Source: Takakia lepidozioides (lineage: Eukaryota > Plantae > Bryophyta). Taken from it: 64,000 nt of DNA. The notes below the pieces were generated by a model that had not been told where the DNA came from, made no database searches, and saw nothing but the letters and a program-made list of their open reading frames with translations. The position numbers and the translations under genes were made by a program. This document shows positions 59,360-64,000 of this stretch, piece by piece; within the stretch, counting starts at the first letter, position 1, and every line of letters starts with the position of its first letter. The stretch is taken from NCBI GenBank assembly GCA_030704615.1, contig CM060734.1:3534001-3598000 (forward strand), written 5' to 3'.

Positions 59360-60730
59360 CAGAGGCCCCAAAAACAGAGGAGCTATCTGTAAAAGCAGCT
59401 ACCTCAAAGATGCCCCCCCTAAGAAACCATGTACCCTCAGCTGGCTAGCAATGGCATGCGCTCATAACACTATACCCAAAGACATTCTCGCATTACTCAT
59501 CAATTCATTCCAACTTACTCACTCATATTACACCAGCCCACTCACATGCCCTATGGAATTAACTACATTTGCAAATCCACACCACGGGGACTGTATCTTC
59601 GGAGCCACGGGTACTGCCACTCAGTACATCTGGGCCGGCAGAGGCCTTGCTCACCCTCCCCCCGGTACCCCCACTCATGAAGCTCTCCAATGGGCACGCT
59701 TTGCTGCTCATTCCTTCCCCCACGCCCTCACAATACTCATACTCACCCAACAACAATCACCTAATGACTCCCACCCTCTCTTACGCCTTCCGACAGGGGT
59801 CAATTTACTAGCCACAATCAAACCAAACCAGCTTAAATATGTGCTTAATATGTGCATACCCCACCCCTTCCAAAATACCTTAGACAAAGGGAACCCACCC
59901 TAACCCTAATTTTTCATGTCCAACACTCCTCTCCCATCAATAATATACCGGTACCCGTCCTTAGTCACTTAAAACAACTGCTAACCCTGACTCACAAAAT
60001 GAAGGCTACCACCCTCCACCCAAACACCCATCGTTCGTTCACCTCCTCCTATGACTCTGCACCAACCATCTCATTTCCCAAAATCAAACCAAACAAAGCG
60101 TGGGAAAGGGCGCTGCGCGCCCCCCCCCCCAAGGCTACCCCGCCAACATCCACACCCCTTATTCCCTCACTATACCGACAAACTATCCCCCTTAGATACT
60201 CCCATCTAACTCCCATTATACTGATGGATCCCTCACCAAACCTAATGCTGACTACAGAGTTTACCATGCCGCCACTAACCAAGGCACCGCCCTCAGACTC
60301 CCTGGCCCTGCCACCATATTATGTGTTGAACTTATGGCCATCTTCGAAGCACTCTCCCTCTAGACGCCTTTCCTCCTCCATACTACATCTTCACCGATAG
60401 CCTTACCTCACTCTTTCTTATCCGAAACCACATATCCCGCCCCTCCTCTCACCATCATCACCCAGACCGCAACCTCATTACGATGTACAGCCATTGTCAA
60501 CCTCGTTATTTCCAAAATCCACCCTGTCGACCTCCTCAAAGTCCGCTCGCACACTGGCATTCAAGGTAATGAGGCTGCAAACCTGCTTGCTCAGGAGGCG
60601 CCTCTAAACCCCTAGTGGATCCTACAAATGACCCTATTCACATCGCTCATACACATCCTTTCTGGTTTATGCATCCAGTCCCAGACCCCCCTGCACCCAT
60701 CCCGATCCGTAATCTTATGACCACTCTAAA
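59360..60730 (+). pseudogene. Fragment of a Dualen/RandI-like non-LTR element: PCIF1-like domain plus RNase H
   Basis: YTSPLTC...D.IFGA.G.A....W.G...AHPP; then YTDGS, ELMAI, IFTDSLTS and KVRSHTGIQGNEAA (RNase H). Confidence 0.6.
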
Positions 60731-61743
60731 TGACAGCTTCCCGATTTCCTGTTGCATTCAGCTTTGTGTTTTTTGTCTGATTTGTTGTTTGTGTGGGCTA
60801 TTTGCAGACTCAGGTGTTTGAAGCCATGTGCCTTGTGAGGATGCGCAAGGACACGCTACCAGCTGGCATTGCGGAGTTCTAGTTGCGAGACCTGGGAGTG
60901 TCGAGCGGCTTTTACTCACCCATCCCTTCGCCATTCGAGGTGCGAACTCCAAGATAGAAGAGTTGGATATCTCTAAGCACTCAGCCCGCTCAGAACAATC
61001 AGTCATGACCTACAACTAGTGTATCATGGGAGTGCTTCCTATTTGTATTCCTTCTTACCTTCATGTCAGCAAGTTACCTTACTGTTTATATTTAAGTATC
61101 AGATTGCTTCAGCAATCTTTCAGGTTCCAATCACCCATCCATTCGTTCCACAGCTTCACTCAAGTCCTTCTACACAGCGTGAGTATGGAATATGTATCAG
61201 ATTAAGATCTATCAAGTATCAGGCCGAAGCCATGGTGTCTCTAGTCTGCTCTATAGTACAACTCTACAGCTTGCATGTATCAAGCATCATCTCCTCGTAC
61301 GTGTAATCTCCATCCCCTGTGCTCCAAGATTGTCCTCTCCGCTTGACCTCCTTCCGTGATGTACAGGTCGTGATCCCCGAAGTGTCCTCTCCCCATTGCT
61401 ACTCTGCCTTTTCTACCTGCAAGCTGTTCTAACTACCTAACTAACTAACTGTCATCCAGACATAATACACGTTCCCTCTGCAGATGTCATTCCCACACAG
61501 TCGTTCCCTACCATGGTAACCGTTCTCTGTGAATGTTGTGACGGGCTGTGCCAAACTGTGTCAGCTGTGACTGGCTGTGTCGGGCTCTGATAGATCGTGT
61601 CAGGCTGTGTCTGACTGTGTAAGCCTGTGTACCACCCCTAAAGCCTGTGTTGGTCTAAGTCTTTTATCCGTAAGTCCGCGCAAAAATTAAGGGTACCCCA
61701 CAGAACCCGTAAAACTGTCTAAGTCCCAGATAGCCCTCTAACA
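60731..61743 (-). repeat. Probable 3' LTR of Ty3/gypsy element D
   Basis: Ends at ...CTAACA next to a PPT (minus strand GAGAGGGGGAGGGG, 61747-61760); left boundary TGACAG is tentative. Confidence 0.55.
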
Positions 61744-61826
61744 TTACCCCTCCCCCTCTCAAAAAGTCGTGTCCTCACGGTTTACTGTTTAGGATCAGCA
61801 AACCTTTGTGAACGAGCACCCTTCTG

Positions 61827-62870
61827 TCAGTGAGAGTCCCGTGGCGGGCTCTGTGTGCGAGCCCGAGCCCTGTCACTGGCTGGTGGAGATGCCTGTCCAC
61901 CAAATACAATTGACTGCCCTTCCTTTGGCCGATAAGGAGGTAACTTCTCAGGCATAGGAGATCCCGTTGTTTCTTCTCCGCCATCTGTATTGCATAAGTC
62001 CTCAGCCATGTCAAAAGGTTCCTCCATAGAACCAGTAGTATCAGAATCATCTTCCCCCCTGTGGGCTTTCGGTGCTCTGACCTTCTCGGGAATCCTGCGT
62101 GGCACACAGTGTTTGCCCACCATGTCTGGAAGCTTAAACTTTAGAACTTGCATCCATCTCTTGCGAGCAAAATTAGTGTACTCTCATAGCTCCTTGTCCG
62201 TATAGGTGAGGGGTGTGCCAACGACCTTGGAACAGTGTAAGTATTTCCTGGCTTCATGTCCCTTATAAAAAAGATCGTCAAGGCCCAAGTTTTCTTTGGC
62301 CAAATTGTCCAAAGCAAAATTGAACCAAGAACGAAGTTGGGGATCCTTCTGCAACATGATCCTCACATCATACAGATACGTATGGGGTGGAACTGAAGGT
62401 AAGACCCAATGATCCCCAGTGGAATAACTGTGAAATCTCGTCTGCATCTTCTGCTGCTCAATGTGATAGCGTGCAATGAAACAAGCAGCATAGTATAAAC
62501 CACAACCCATGACCAGGCTAGGTACCTCCTTGGTCTTGGTATAGATGTACCCATGAACAATCTAGAAGGCAATTAATTCCTTCAGCATGGTGCCTACCTT
62601 AGACCAGTACCTTGCATTAATGGCCCCGTATTAGTTTCAGTTGATGTACCGGGTAGGTACTTTGACGGCCCTGTTTGTCTTCTTGCATGATGGCGCCCGC
62701 TATTGCAATACATGCAATGCAGAGTGCTTTTCCCCTTAGGCCACGTGTTTGAATTCAAGCACTCTCTCGTCTCCCTCTGTCCGCGTGGCATATTCTCCGA
62801 GTTTGACTTCCAAACTGTCTTTACACTTACCGGCCACTTTTCTGACGTTAACCCGTGTCCACCTGTCACT
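61827..62870 (-). pseudogene. Degenerate extra ORF downstream of the integrase in element D
   Basis: In-frame pieces 62184-62510 and 61827-62153 separated by a single stop; the frame extends upstream with further stops. Confidence 0.4.
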
Positions 62871-62919
62871 GACCCTATGGATTGTGCAACCTGTGTGGGC
62901 TGTGTTGGACTGTGACAGG

Positions 62920-64000
62920 CTATGTCAAACTGTGGTGAGCTGTGATATGCTGTGTCAAACTGTGGTGGGCTGTGATGTGTTGTGTTAAACTATGGTGGGC
63001 TGTGATGGCTGTGTGAACACCCGTGTTTCTGCTATGGCCATACACATTCGGCTTTACGACAAGTGCTTCATGCTCTGTTGGTGTTGCCGGTGTAGGCTGT
63101 GACTGTATCTGTGTTCCAAGATGCAAATCATGCTGCAATGGTTTGTCATGGATACCACTGTATCCCTTCAACTTATTGGCATTGACTCTTCCAAGCATCT
63201 CCTTGTTAATGGTTTGTAACATGGCTGTGTTATTATCATACATCTTCTGTATGACATAAGGTCCTTTCCATGGTGACTTAAGCTTAGAAGCTTTAATCTT
63301 TCCCTTCTTCTGCAACCACAGTACCAAATCTCCAGTCTTTAAAGTCTTCAATTTTCCTTCATCAAACTGATCCTTCCTCTTCATCTGAATTCTGGTCATG
63401 TTATCTGCTGCATCAACGCGTACTTCTTCCACATGATATAATTCATGTTTCCTAACTTTAATTGAATCTTCCAATTCCATTCTCCTTCCCCATTCAGTTC
63501 TCATGGTAGGTAATAAGAATTCTACTGGAAGTAAAGCTTCCATACCATAAACTAATTGGAATGGTGTATACTTGGTGGTGACTTTATATGAAGTCCTATA
63601 TGACCACAAAGCTGTCAACAGCTTTGTATCCCAATCCGTTCTGTTTGCATTGACTATCTTAGCCAAGACAGTGCATAGTATTTTGTTGGTGGCCTCTGCT
63701 TGCCCACTGCCCTGTGGGTAATAGGTTGTACTCTTCCTGTGCACAATCCTGAACTCTTTAGTCAATAGTTCTATGGTCTCATTAATGAAGTGACTTCCCT
63801 GGTCACTGATAAATTCCAAAGGACAGCCAAATCTTGTGAGTATGTTCTCATACATGAACCTTGCTGTGGACTTACCTGTGTTGTCCCTCAGAGCCTTAGC
63901 TTCCACCCACTTTGTAGTATAATCAGTGGCTGTGATTATATACTTGTTATGTGTATTCCTGGCTGGTGGATTAATTGGTCCAACAAAGTCTAGTCCCCAT
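62920..64000 (-). CDS. pol: Ty3/gypsy integrase (element D, non-chromovirus type); continues beyond the window
   Basis: WGLDFVGPI, TDYTTKWVEA, ISDQGSHF, YYPQGSGQAE, WKGPY. Confidence 0.92.
   Translation of the reverse strand, partial: WGLDFVGPINPPARNTHNKYIITATDYTTKWVEAKALRDNTGKSTARFMYENILTRFGCPLEFISDQGSHFINETIELLTKEFRIVHRKSTTYYPQGSGQAEATNKILCTVLAKIVNANRTDWDTKLLTALWSYRTSYKVTTKYTPFQLVYGMEALLPVEFLLPTMRTEWGRRMELEDSIKVRKHELYHVEEVRVDAADNMTRIQMKRKDQFDEGKLKTLKTGDLVLWLQKKGKIKASKLKSPWKGPYVIQKMYDNNTAMLQTINKEMLGRVNANKLKGYSGIHDKPLQHDLHLGTQIQSQPTPATPTEHEALVVKPNVYGHSRNTGVHTAITAHHSLTQHITAHHSLTQHITAHHSLT

Overview
Eukaryotic, plant-like (streptophyte-type) genomic DNA. One spliced host gene (NUMOD3-motif protein, minus strand, about 484-2724) is followed by about 60 kb of nested transposons whose junctions can mostly be read to the base. 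An L1-type LINE (5725-59355, -) is split by a chromovirus (8383-57849, -). Its gag is split by a roughly 44-kb CACTA element (12573-56369) that carries a TnpA-like gene, a transposase and a SET-domain ORF. The CACTA hosts a hairpin-centred giant palindrome (about 26770-35700) and two diverged copies of an unusual Ty3/gypsy-like retroelement (14938-25908 and 39749-51686). These two copies are the main discovery candidate. They encode Gag-protease-C5 cytosine methyltransferase-RT-RNaseH-DDE integrase-PHD, but instead of two LTRs they have a permuted A-internal-B-A-B repeat layout with 4-bp target duplications. They also show a palindromic internal att-like site (GACA-GC-TGTC), a junction that looks like a 2-LTR circle junction, a self-complementary (non-tRNA) primer site, and a shared amber stop in a readthrough-type context. 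Together these suggest integration from a circular intermediate opened inside the LTR (inference). The right end holds a Dualen-like LINE fragment (PCIF1-like domain plus RNase H) and the 3' part of another Ty3/gypsy element. All assignments come from reading motifs by eye; no searches were run.
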